Assembly: GCA_041747675.1 (NCBI GenBank)
Contig: JBGTES010000027.1
Location: forward strand, 15,088-79,087
Length of the DNA: 64,000 nucleotides
Source: Flavobacteriales bacterium
GTDB taxonomy: Bacteria > Bacteroidota > Bacteroidia > Flavobacteriales_F > PHOS-HE28
Direction of reading: 5' to 3'
Made by a program: the position numbers and the translations under genes. Positions within the stretch are counted from its first letter, which is position 1. Every line of letters begins with the position of its first letter. Shown in pieces: positions 10,159 to 18,991 of this stretch. The notes below the pieces were generated by a model, which worked only from the letters and a program-made list of their open reading frames with translations, was not told the DNA's origin and searched no databases.

Positions 10159-10231
10159 CAACGGCCGGTCGTGATAAATGAATGGCCGTCAACGACTCAA
10201 GGTCCAATAGAAGATTAGCAATGGTCGCATC

Positions 10232-11668
10232 ATGTTGAGAATAGCTTTGATAGGGGGAGGGCTAAGCGGAACGCTCACGGCGATGCGGCTGCTGGAGCAT
10301 ATTGACCAGCGTGTGAGCGTGACCCTGGTGGAACGCAAAACCCGGCAGTTGCAGCGCGGGGTGGCCTATTCCGCCCGCCTGAGTCAACAGCTGCTCAATG
10401 TGCCGGCTGGGAGTATGAGCCTCTTCGCCGAACGGCCGGACGACTTCCTGGACTGGCTTCAAGCCGGCCCCTTGCCTGCATCCGCACCCAACGATCTGGT
10501 GTCCCGCAACCTGTTCGGAGACTATGTGAGCGACCGGTTCCATTCGAGCGTTGAGCATCACCCACGGCGCTTGAACGTGGTGCATGGTGAAGTGGTCGGA
10601 TTGGATGAGCACCCTGCCCACGGGTTTCGCATCCGTATGGACGATGACCGCCTGCTCACTGCGGATGTTGTTGTGCTGGCCTTGGGTAATGCACCGCCGG
10701 CACACATTCAGGGCTTGGATCCCACGGCCCGCAAGCAACCGGGCTACATCCCCTGGCCATGGGCCGAAGGGGTTCTGGGCCGCATACAGCCGGATGACGA
10801 TGTGGTCTTCATCGGAATGGGCCTCACCATGGTGGACCTCTTGTTCTCCTTGAAGGATGCAGGGCACCAAGGCGGGATCACCGTGCTTTCACGCAATGGA
10901 CGGGTTCCCTTGCCACACGCGCTGGGGCATACCTGGTCGCTTAGACAGCCACTTCCCACGGCTCCATACGCTGTCACGGATCTGTTCCGATGGTTGCGCG
11001 CCGAAGCACGTTCTGCACGCGAAGCCGGGGTACCCTGGCAAGCCGTGATGGATGCGGTTAAACCCTTTGTGCAGGGTTGGTGGATGGGCATGCCTCTGGA
11101 CGAACGCCAACGCTTCCTGCGGCATGTGCGCCCTCTTTGGGAGATCCACCGGCACCGCATGCCCGCGCAGGTGCATCAGCGGCTGCAACAGGCCATGGCC
11201 AATGGTTCGGTACGCAACCTTGCCGCGCGTATTGCCAAGGTCACGGTGGACGATGAGCGGCTCCGTATCGCTTGCAGGGAACGCGGCAGTGGGAAGGTCA
11301 CGGACGTCTGGGCGAAACACCTGATCAACTGTACCGGCCCACAATCCGATTCCCGACGCCTGGACCAACCACTGTTGGTGGACATGTTGGCCATGGGTTT
11401 CGTAAGCTGGGATCCGCTGCACATGGGCATCCGCACCGATCCCTCCGGCGCCTTGGTGGATGCAGCGGGCCGGGTGTCCGAAAGTCTCTTCGCCATTGGA
11501 CCCTTGTGCAAACCCACACTTTGGGAATGCACGGCCGTGCCGGAGATACGCCTGCAGGCCAATGCGCTCGCCAGGCACATCGCGGTGCAACGCCCCCAAC
11601 TGCAAAGCAAGGGCTGGCGGCAGGTGCTTGCACAGTTGACCGACCGCTTCGCATTGATCGACGCCTGA
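10232..11668 (+). CDS. FAD/NAD(P)-binding protein (YdhS-like)
   Basis: 'IALIGGGLSG', 'RGVAYS', 'LLNVPAGSMS', 'GMGLTMVD', 'HRHRM', 'ECTAVPEIR'. Confidence 0.88.
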   Translation: MLRIALIGGGLSGTLTAMRLLEHIDQRVSVTLVERKTRQLQRGVAYSARLSQQLLNVPAGSMSLFAERPDDFLDWLQAGPLPASAPNDLVSRNLFGDYVSDRFHSSVEHHPRRLNVVHGEVVGLDEHPAHGFRIRMDDDRLLTADVVVLALGNAPPAHIQGLDPTARKQPGYIPWPWAEGVLGRIQPDDDVVFIGMGLTMVDLLFSLKDAGHQGGITVLSRNGRVPLPHALGHTWSLRQPLPTAPYAVTDLFRWLRAEARSAREAGVPWQAVMDAVKPFVQGWWMGMPLDERQRFLRHVRPLWEIHRHRMPAQVHQRLQQAMANGSVRNLAARIAKVTVDDERLRIACRERGSGKVTDVWAKHLINCTGPQSDSRRLDQPLLVDMLAMGFVSWDPLHMGIRTDPSGALVDAAGRVSESLFAIGPLCKPTLWECTAVPEIRLQANALARHIAVQRPQLQSKGWRQVLAQLTDRFALIDA

Positions 11669-11704
11669 TCCTAAGGTCATGCGATCGACGGGATCCGCTT
11701 CACA

Positions 11705-11729
11705 ATAACATATAAAACCTATATGAAAA
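11705..11729 (+). promoter_or_regulatory. second putative Rrf2 operator overlapping the TBDR start
   Basis: ataacatataaaacctatatgaaaa, similar to 10125-10149. Confidence 0.55.
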
Positions 11730-14299
11730 AAGACAAACTCTGGCCGCATTCGATGGGCCTTGTGGGATCGCTGTTCCTGGCAGCAGCCGTATCCATTCCC
11801 CTCCATGCACAGGTGAGCGTGTCAGGTAGGGTCGTCGAGAAGGACCAGCCAGGCGGCTTGGTAGGGGTGACCGTGGTGGAAAATGGAACCCTGAACGGGA
11901 CCGTCACGGATGCATCCGGTGCGTTCAGCTTTACGACCATTGGTCCGCTTCCGGTTACGCTCCGGTTCTCCTTCGTTGGGTATGTGACACAGGAGGTCAC
12001 CGTGTCCGACACACGTCCGGTGCAAGTGGTGCTATTCGCTTCCGCCCAGCAACTCGGCGAAGTGGAGATCACCGCACGACGACGCCGCGAGACCGCCCAG
12101 GAGGTACCCATCCCGATCTCCGTGATCGGCGGTGCACTGGTGGAGGAGGCCGGTGCCTTCAACGTGAACCGGCTGAAGGAGCTGGTACCCACCGTGCAAC
12201 TCTATTCCTCCAACCCACGCAACACCACGCTCAACATCCGCGGCCAGGGTTCCACCTTCGGGCTTACCAACGACGGCATCGACCCGGGGGTGGGCTTCTA
12301 TGTGGATGGCGTGTACTTCGCAAGGCCCGCCGTGACCACCCTGGATTTCATCGACGTGGAGCGCATCGAGGTGCTGCGCGGTCCGCAGGGCACGCTCTTC
12401 GGCAAGAACACCACTGCCGGGGCCTTCAACGTCGTCACCCGCAAGCCCAGCTTCACACCAGCTGGCAACTTCGAACTGAGCTACGGCAACTTCGGCTTCA
12501 TACAAGCCAAGAGCTCCGTGACCGGGCCCCTGGGGAAAAAGGTGGCCGCGCGTGTCTCCTTCTCCGGCACCCAACGCGATGGCCTCATCCAGAACGTCCG
12601 CACCGATCGTGCCGTGAACGACCTGAACAACCTGGGCGTGCGCGCCCAGTTGCTCTACCAGCCATCGGACAAGGTCGCGATCACCTTCGTGGGCGACATC
12701 ACCAGCCAGAAACCCGATGGCTATGCGCAGGTCTTCGCCGGGGTGGTGCGCACCCAACGGGCGGACTTCCGGCAGTTCGACAACATCATCGCCGATCTGG
12801 ATTACGAGTTGCCCAGCCGCAACCCATTCGACCGGAAGATCGACCACGACACACCGTGGAAGTCGGGCAACGAATTGGGTGGCGTTTCGCTGAACGCGGA
12901 CATCGAACTGGGGCCGGGCACCTTGACCTCCACCACGGCCTGGCGCTACTGGAACTGGGACCCCAGCAACGACCGGGATTTCACCGGGCTGCCCGTGCTC
13001 ACGCGATCGCAAGCGCCTTCAAGGCATCAGAACTGGTCGCAGGAGATCCGCTATGCGGGCAACTTCACCGAACGCCTCAGTGGGGTGGTGGGGGTGTACG
13101 CGATCGGCCAGGAACTGAAGACCGATCCCGTGCATACCGAGGAATCTGGTTCCGCACAGTGGCGATTCATCCAGAGCAACACCAACCCGCTGTGGGAGAC
13201 ACCTGGACTTTTGGATGGCTATGGGATCAACACCAATGCCCTTTTGACCAGCCTGGGCGGTGCGGTGTTCGCCAACATCGATTGGGAGGTGATCAAGAAC
13301 CTACACGTTCTACCCGGCATCCGATACAACTACGACGAAAAGGATGTGGACTACAAGCGGGATACCTTCGGCGGCCTGCAGACCGATGACCCGGCCCTGA
13401 TCGCCCTGCAACGATCGGTCTACAACGATCAGGAATTCGTTGCAAGTGCGCAGGAGGAGAACCTGACCGGACAATTGACCCTGGCCTACCGATCCGGCAG
13501 ACGTTGGAACGTCTTCGCAACCTATTCCACCAGCTTCAAGCCCGTGGGTGTGAACCTGGGCGGCCTGCCCAACATCGAAGGCCAGCCAGCGCTGGACCTC
13601 GCGGTGATCCGCCCCGAATACGTGCAACACTTCGAGGTGGGTGTGAAAACGCGGCCCACGGAGAACACGGTGCTGAACGTGGTGGCCCACAGCACGGACA
13701 TCACGGACTACCAGACGCTGGTGCAATCGCCGCAGCTGGGTGTGAACCGTGGCTACCTGGCCAATGCCGAGGAGGTACGGGTGATCGGCGTGGAGCTCGA
13801 TGCCAGTTGGTATGTGAACGATCAACTTTCGTTCTATGGCGCTGTGGCATGGACGGAAGGCATCTACGTGTCATTCACGAACGCACCACTGCCGCTTGAG
13901 CAGGTCGGTGCTCCGGTGGCCTTCAAGGACATCTCGGGCGGTGATCTCCCGGGCATATCCAAGTGGGCCGGTTCGTTGGGCGGTGAACTTGTCACACGTG
14001 GCGGGCAGTTCCTGGGCAAGGACGGGAAGTACTTCGTGGCCTTCGACACCTACTACCGCTCGGCCTTCTCGTCGAGTCCTTCGCCCTCGCAGTTCCTGAA
14101 CATCGATGGCTACGCGCTGCTCAACGGCCGTTTGGGCTTCCGGGGCAAGGAGGGTCTTTCGATCTTCCTCTGGGGGCGCAATCTGCTGGACAAGGATTAC
14201 TTCGAGCAACTGCTGCCCGCTGGTGGTAACGCCGGGCACTATGCAGGCGTGCTCGGGGATCAGCGCACCTACGGGATCACCTTACGACGGACCTTTTGA
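11723..14299 (+). CDS. TonB-dependent receptor
   Basis: Signal peptide, CarboxypepD_reg-like domain, 'ITARRRRETAQEVPI', 'IEVLRGPQGTLFGKNTTAGA', terminal F. Confidence 0.93.
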   Translation: MKKDKLWPHSMGLVGSLFLAAAVSIPLHAQVSVSGRVVEKDQPGGLVGVTVVENGTLNGTVTDASGAFSFTTIGPLPVTLRFSFVGYVTQEVTVSDTRPVQVVLFASAQQLGEVEITARRRRETAQEVPIPISVIGGALVEEAGAFNVNRLKELVPTVQLYSSNPRNTTLNIRGQGSTFGLTNDGIDPGVGFYVDGVYFARPAVTTLDFIDVERIEVLRGPQGTLFGKNTTAGAFNVVTRKPSFTPAGNFELSYGNFGFIQAKSSVTGPLGKKVAARVSFSGTQRDGLIQNVRTDRAVNDLNNLGVRAQLLYQPSDKVAITFVGDITSQKPDGYAQVFAGVVRTQRADFRQFDNIIADLDYELPSRNPFDRKIDHDTPWKSGNELGGVSLNADIELGPGTLTSTTAWRYWNWDPSNDRDFTGLPVLTRSQAPSRHQNWSQEIRYAGNFTERLSGVVGVYAIGQELKTDPVHTEESGSAQWRFIQSNTNPLWETPGLLDGYGINTNALLTSLGGAVFANIDWEVIKNLHVLPGIRYNYDEKDVDYKRDTFGGLQTDDPALIALQRSVYNDQEFVASAQEENLTGQLTLAYRSGRRWNVFATYSTSFKPVGVNLGGLPNIEGQPALDLAVIRPEYVQHFEVGVKTRPTENTVLNVVAHSTDITDYQTLVQSPQLGVNRGYLANAEEVRVIGVELDASWYVNDQLSFYGAVAWTEGIYVSFTNAPLPLEQVGAPVAFKDISGGDLPGISKWAGSLGGELVTRGGQFLGKDGKYFVAFDTYYRSAFSSSPSPSQFLNIDGYALLNGRLGFRGKEGLSIFLWGRNLLDKDYFEQLLPAGGNAGHYAGVLGDQRTYGITLRRTF

Positions 14300-14491
14300 T
14301 CACATCACCCACAACATGGCAGATCGCCCAGATCGGTAGAAGTCACTTCCGACACTGGTGGAACCCGCTACCAAGGGTCCTTGAGCGTTGCCCGACGGGT
14401 TACCACCGGTGTCACTGCGAGGAGCGACGACCAGGACATTGTCCGCCCACGCCAAAGCAGCATCGATCTTCATTCCCAATTCAGACAGGCT

Positions 14492-15418
14492 ATGCACCCG
14501 GATAGTACGACCACTGGATCGATCGAAGGACCACGGGTTTACCCCTTCGTCAATTTGTTGCGCGGATACATCCTGTTCCTCGTTGGGTCGGCGGTCCTGG
14601 TGTGCTTGTTCCACATCATCTCCATGCGCACTGGCTCGCCCTGGAGCGAAATGGCCCTGGACTTCGTCACGGAACGGGAGTTCCTCCTTTTCCTGGGGAT
14701 CGGCTTTGCGGCGCAGATGGTGGATGGGGCCCTTGGCATGGCATATGGCGTTACGGCCACTTCCTTCCTCGTGGCCATGGGCGTACCTCCCGCTGCGGCC
14801 AGTGCAGGCGTGCACGTTTCGGAGGTGTTCACAACGGCCATCTCAGGGGTGTCGCATTGGCGCTTTGGCAACGTGGACTTCCGCTTGTTCAAACGGCTGG
14901 CCTTGCCTGGTGCCATTGGTGCTGCCTTGGGGGCATACGTGCTCAGTTCGGTGGACGCTTCCGCGATGCGGCCCATCGTCGCGCTCTATCTGCTCGTCAT
15001 GGGTGTGATCATTTTCCGCAAAGCCTTCCGCCGTACGGTCCTTCTGAAGGGGCCTCCCCCCAAGGTGTCACTTCTGGCTCTCTTTGGTGGCTTCGCCGAT
15101 GCCTCCGGTGGAGGTGGCTGGGGTCCTGTGGTCACCTCCACGCTGATCGGTTCGGGCAATCATCCCCGAACGACCATCGGCACGGTGAACGCATCGGAAT
15201 TCCTGGTCGCCCTTACTGCTTCCGGGGTCTTCACTATCTTGATCGGCATGGACAGTTGGCCGGTGATCCTTGGCCTTATTGCGGGTGGTGCGCTGGCCGC
15301 GCCGATCGGAGCCTATGTGTGCCACCGCATCAACGTCCGCGTGGCCATGGGGGTGGTCGGGTTGCTCGTCATTTTCCTTAGCACCCGCACGCTGTTGAAG
15401 GCCATGGGCATGGAATGA
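14492..15418 (+). CDS. sulfite exporter TauE/SafE (TSUP) family permease
   Basis: 'GFAAQMVDGALGMAYGV', 'DASGGGGWGPVVTSTL', 'TIGTVNASEF'. Confidence 0.92.
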   Translation: MHPDSTTTGSIEGPRVYPFVNLLRGYILFLVGSAVLVCLFHIISMRTGSPWSEMALDFVTEREFLLFLGIGFAAQMVDGALGMAYGVTATSFLVAMGVPPAAASAGVHVSEVFTTAISGVSHWRFGNVDFRLFKRLALPGAIGAALGAYVLSSVDASAMRPIVALYLLVMGVIIFRKAFRRTVLLKGPPPKVSLLALFGGFADASGGGGWGPVVTSTLIGSGNHPRTTIGTVNASEFLVALTASGVFTILIGMDSWPVILGLIAGGALAAPIGAYVCHRINVRVAMGVVGLLVIFLSTRTLLKAMGME

Positions 15419-16779
15419 TCGGTATGGCAGGGAGCAAGGAACCGCATTCTACCATGATGAACGACACACGGCCCCCGGCCCCCACTTTCCGCGAAGCCTT
15501 CGCCTTCTGGGTGAAGCTGGGTTTCATCAGCTTCGGTGGGCCTGCCGGGCAGATCGCCATCATGCACGATTTCCTGGTGGAGAAAAAGCGCTGGGTGAGC
15601 AACAGCCGCTTCATGCATGCGCTCAACTACTGCATGCTGCTGCCCGGACCGGAAGCACAGCAGTTGGCCACCTACATCGGATGGTTGCTGCACGGACGCT
15701 GGGGAGGCTTCGCGGCCGGAGCGCTGTTCGTGCTGCCGTCCATGTTCATCCTCTTCGCCCTCAGTGCGGTCTACGTCACCTACGGGCAGGTACCCTGGGT
15801 GCTGGCCCTGTTCAATGGTCTGAAGCCCGCTGTGATCGCCATCGTGATCCTGGCCCTGTTCAAGATCGGCAGGAAGTCGCTGCTGACGCCCTTCCACTGG
15901 TCGGTCGCCGTGGCGGCGTTCATCGCCATCTTCTGGTTCGATGTCCCTTTCCCGCTGATCATCCTCGCCGCGATACTTGTGGCGGCCCTGTTCCGAAAAC
16001 TGGTGCCCGGCAGTTTCAAACCGACATCGGCACAGGCAAAGGTCCGTTCCGTGGATGAGGACTTCTTCTACTTGAATAGCGGCTCACCGCCGGCTGGATC
16101 GGGCTTCTCGCCAATGCGCTTGGCGGGACAGGTGGGCATCACGCTGCTTTTCTGGTTACTGCCCCTGGTGGTGCTGCATCTGATGAGCGACGACCCGGGG
16201 TTCTGGCGTGTGCTGAGCAGCTTCTTCACGCAGGCGGCACTGGTCACCTTCGGCGGGGCCTATGCAGTGTTGCCGTATGTGGCGCAGGTCAGTGTGGAGG
16301 ATCTGGGGTGGCTTTCGAGCATGGAGATGGTGGATGGCCTTGCCTTGGGCGAGACCACGCCCGGACCCCTGATCATGGTGCTGGCCTTCGTGGGCTTCAT
16401 GGCGGGCTACAACCACTTCGGCGCATCGGTGGCCATGGGTGGTCTGGCACTGGTGGTCACCACCTACTACACCTTCCTGCCCTGCTTCCTGTTCATCTTC
16501 GCTGGTGCGCCCATCATCGAACGCACGCGGAACATCATGTGGCTGAGGGAGGTCCTTTCGCTGGTGACGGCCGCAGTGGTTGGGGTGGTCTTGAACCTCA
16601 CCATCTATCTGGGCCGGGCGGTACTTTTTCCGGAAGACCTGGCATGGGAGAACCTCGATCTATTCTCCCTGGGCTGGGTCGTCATTTCCTTCATCGCGCT
16701 GCATCGCTTCAAGGTGAATATGTTGCTTTGGCTTGGCGCCAGCGCACTGTTCGGGCTCACGGTGTATTCGATGAGTTGA
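15415..16779 (+). CDS. chrA: chromate/oxyanion efflux transporter (long-chain CHR)
   Basis: 'KLGFISFGGPAGQIAIMH', 'LPGPEAQQLA', 'TFGGAYAVLPY', 'ETTPGP'; start may be 15454. Confidence 0.93.
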   Translation: MIGMAGSKEPHSTMMNDTRPPAPTFREAFAFWVKLGFISFGGPAGQIAIMHDFLVEKKRWVSNSRFMHALNYCMLLPGPEAQQLATYIGWLLHGRWGGFAAGALFVLPSMFILFALSAVYVTYGQVPWVLALFNGLKPAVIAIVILALFKIGRKSLLTPFHWSVAVAAFIAIFWFDVPFPLIILAAILVAALFRKLVPGSFKPTSAQAKVRSVDEDFFYLNSGSPPAGSGFSPMRLAGQVGITLLFWLLPLVVLHLMSDDPGFWRVLSSFFTQAALVTFGGAYAVLPYVAQVSVEDLGWLSSMEMVDGLALGETTPGPLIMVLAFVGFMAGYNHFGASVAMGGLALVVTTYYTFLPCFLFIFAGAPIIERTRNIMWLREVLSLVTAAVVGVVLNLTIYLGRAVLFPEDLAWENLDLFSLGWVVISFIALHRFKVNMLLWLGASALFGLTVYSMS

Positions 16780-16828
16780 CGCTGTACTGCTCAGGAAAAC
16801 CGATCTCTGGATTTTACACACGCTTGTG

Positions 16829-16883
16829 TCATCCCACCATCACACTCGTCATTGCGATGCTCCCCATCACCGTGCGGTCGTTG
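16829..16883 (-). repeat. displaced copy C of the ygiD 3' end (NDRTVMGSIAMTSVMVG*)
   Basis: Matches 17938-17992 with only synonymous differences. Confidence 0.95.
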
Positions 16884-16928
16884 TGGGAAGGCTGAGCTAA
16901 ATGACGTCTGGTCGAAGAGTAGGATCCA

Positions 16929-17204
16929 CTACCGACCATCATCACGAAGCCCCTTGAATGTTACCCAGAAGAAGCCATAGACGATCGCAAACGCCAATGA
17001 CTGGCTGATGATCAGTAGGAAGAATGGGTCCCGCTCCATGAACAAGATGAGCGAGACAAATAAGGAGCCTGGGAGTAGGGCGTAGAATAGTAAATCGCTA
17101 TTGGGTGCGATAAAGGGATAGGCCGTAGCCATCGCAACATGTCCAAAGGCCAGATAGAAAGCGAGACGTCGGTTGCTGATCTTCGATCGGGATGCCTGTT
17201 GCAT
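16929..17204 (-). CDS. small hypothetical membrane protein (91 aa, about 3 TM), cassette cargo
   Basis: ATG at 17204; hydrophobic helices; lower GC than the flanks; lies between ygiD-end copies B and C. Confidence 0.65.
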   Translation of the reverse strand: MQQASRSKISNRRLAFYLAFGHVAMATAYPFIAPNSDLLFYALLPGSLFVSLILFMERDPFFLLIISQSLAFAIVYGFFWVTFKGLRDDGR

Positions 17205-17299
17205 GGTATTTTCTGATCGAACGAGCGGAAGATACGGTCGCGGAAGCATCTTTCCTGTGCTGGGCTGGGGCTGGGCACAGGCAAGATGCCTGTGCGACA

Positions 17300-17357
17300 T
17301 TACCCCACCATCACACTCGTCATCGCAATGCTCCCCATCACCGTGCGGTCGTTGAAG
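17300..17357 (-). repeat. displaced copy B of the ygiD 3' end (FNDRTVMGSIAMTSVMVG*)
   Basis: 55/58 identical to 17938-17995; the changes cgg>cgc, acc>acg and TGA>TAA are all synonymous. Confidence 0.95.
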
Positions 17358-17430
17358 GCTCCTCGCGGTCCGAATTTCCTGCACACGCAATTCTCTTGGG
17401 GGCATGCACTACTTTTGAACAAAGCAGGAC

Positions 17431-17661
17431 ATGGAGACCATTCACCTTCCCTTGATCATCGAGACCGATGAGGACGGCGTGTTCATCGTGAGTTGCCCCG
17501 TGTTCAAAGGCTGCCATTCCTATGGCGCCACGGTGGAAGAGGCCATGGCCAACATCAAGGAGGTCATCGGCATGTGCATGGAGGAGGAGGAGCCTCAGCA
17601 GCTGAACCGCTTCGTTGGCTTCCGGGAGATCGAGGTGCCCGTATCGCGCATGGCTTCGTGA
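17431..17661 (+). CDS. hicB: HicB-family antitoxin (short, no DNA-binding domain)
   Basis: 'DEDGVFIVSCPVFKGCHSYGATVEEAMANIKEVI'; TACTTTTG -7 box at 17410-17417. Confidence 0.9.
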   Translation: METIHLPLIIETDEDGVFIVSCPVFKGCHSYGATVEEAMANIKEVIGMCMEEEEPQQLNRFVGFREIEVPVSRMAS

Positions 17662-17900
17662 TGGGTACCATGCCGGTCATTTCGGGCAAGGACTTGATGC
17701 GCGTGCTACAGCATGAGGGATTCGAATTGGTGCGAGTGAATGGATCGCACCATCGGCTCAGGCATCCTGACGGTCGTGTGACCACGATCCCGGTCCATGC
17801 CAACAAAGACCTGCCAAAGGGCTTGCTGCGCAAGATCATTCGGGAGGACCTGAAGATCGAGGTCGATGATCTTGTGGCGTTGATCGAAGGCCGTACGTAG
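17661..17900 (+). CDS. hicA: HicA-family mRNA interferase toxin
   Basis: 'GFELVRVNGSHHRLRHPDGRVTTIPVHANKDLPKGLLRKIIR'. Confidence 0.92.
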   Translation: MGTMPVISGKDLMRVLQHEGFELVRVNGSHHRLRHPDGRVTTIPVHANKDLPKGLLRKIIREDLKIEVDDLVALIEGRT

Positions 17901-17937
17901 CGTGCGCTGGATGGGGAAGTCCCGTACCTGCGCTTGA

Positions 17938-18810
17938 TCACCCCACCATCACACTCGTCATCGCAATGCTCCCCATCACGGTCCGGTCGTTGAAGAGCTG
18001 CACAGGTTCCTTCTTGTCCTTCAACCCAAGCACGTAGAGCAGCGGCAGGTAGTGCTCCGGTGTGGGGATGCTGAGTTGAAAAGCCCGGCCCTGCGCGCTG
18101 TAGTTGGCCAGTTGCGCATGGCCCTCGTTCATGATCAGCTCCTTCATGCGTGTGTTGGCCTCGATGGCCCAGTCGTAGCCGCCATCGGGGTTGCGCCAGT
18201 CGATCACGCCCAGGTTGTGGACCATGTTACCGCTGCCGATGATGAGCACACCTTTCTTACGCAACGCGGCGAGTTCACGCGCGAGGTCGTAGTGGCCCTG
18301 CGGTGAAAGGCCGCGGTCCAGGCTCAGTTGCACCACAGGCACATCGGCCTTGGGGTAGAGGTGGATGATCACGCTCCACGCGCCGTGGTCCAGGCCCCAC
18401 TGGTGGTCCACCCCGATGTGGCGACTGGTGATGGCCTCCTGCGTCTGCTTCGCTACGGAAGGACTACCCGGCGCTGGGTACTGCACGGCGAAGAGTTCCT
18501 TCGGAAAGCCACCGAAGTCGTGGATCGTACGCGGCTTCTCCATGCCTGTGACGAAGGTGCCCTTCGTCTCCCAATGCGCACTGATGCAAAGAATGGCGTT
18601 GGGCTTCGGCAGGTCCTTCGCGATCGCCTTCCAGCCTTGCGAGAATTCATTGTCCTCGATGGCGTTCATCGGGCTGCCGTGGCCGAGGAAGAGCACGGGC
18701 ATGGTGGGAGTGGAGGGCACATTCTCCAGCGCCCGGCCAAGTTCGCGCAGCGAGAGTGCCGCGCCCAGTGGTGCGATGCTCATGAGTTGTATGGCTTTGC
18801 GGCGGTGCAT
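17938..18810 (-). CDS. ygiD: 4,5-DOPA extradiol dioxygenase (LigB family)
   Basis: 'PVLFLGHGSPMNA', 'SAHW', 'TIHDFGGFP', 'WGLDHGAWS', 'GSGNMVHNL', 'PTPEHYLPL'. Confidence 0.95.
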   Translation of the reverse strand: MHRRKAIQLMSIAPLGAALSLRELGRALENVPSTPTMPVLFLGHGSPMNAIEDNEFSQGWKAIAKDLPKPNAILCISAHWETKGTFVTGMEKPRTIHDFGGFPKELFAVQYPAPGSPSVAKQTQEAITSRHIGVDHQWGLDHGAWSVIIHLYPKADVPVVQLSLDRGLSPQGHYDLARELAALRKKGVLIIGSGNMVHNLGVIDWRNPDGGYDWAIEANTRMKELIMNEGHAQLANYSAQGRAFQLSIPTPEHYLPLLYVLGLKDKKEPVQLFNDRTVMGSIAMTSVMVG

Positions 18811-18991
18811 GTCCCACAGGCGCCTCGCTTGTGGCCATGCATGCCAACAAAGCCGGGAGGCTGAGGCAAAGGTAATAATATACTTTCCATGGAAAGTAAA
18901 TCGGTCTCCGAGCCGCCGGCCTGGACTTCTTGATCGAAGTATAGGAGCGGTCGGTGGTCTTCGTCAGCCACAGGCGAGGCGCCTGTGGGAC
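18811..18991. repeat. intergenic segment bounded by 25-bp inverted repeats (REP/MITE-like)
   Basis: gtcccacaggcgcctcgcttgtggc (18811-18835) vs gccacaggcgaggcgcctgtgggac (18967-18991), 24/25 complementary. Confidence 0.85.
18867..18898 (-). promoter_or_regulatory. ygiD promoter -7 box (TACCTTTG) and perfect 18-bp palindromic operator TACTTTCCATGGAAAGTA
   Basis: -7 box at 18874-18867 on the minus strand; palindrome at 18881-18898. Confidence 0.7.

Noticed and set aside
14300-14491. Possible small ORF or riboswitch between the TBDR and TSUP genes
   Set aside because: I could not support any recognisable protein or RNA motif by eye.
16829-17995. Classical integron (attC) or prophage/ICE att sites
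   Set aside because: The repeats are coding ygiD tails without the attC R/L box palindromic structure. No integrase is nearby and the units are under 0.7 kb.
16829-17995. Diversity-generating retroelement TR/VR pair
   Set aside because: The differences are synonymous and not adenine-specific, and there is no reverse transcriptase in the window.
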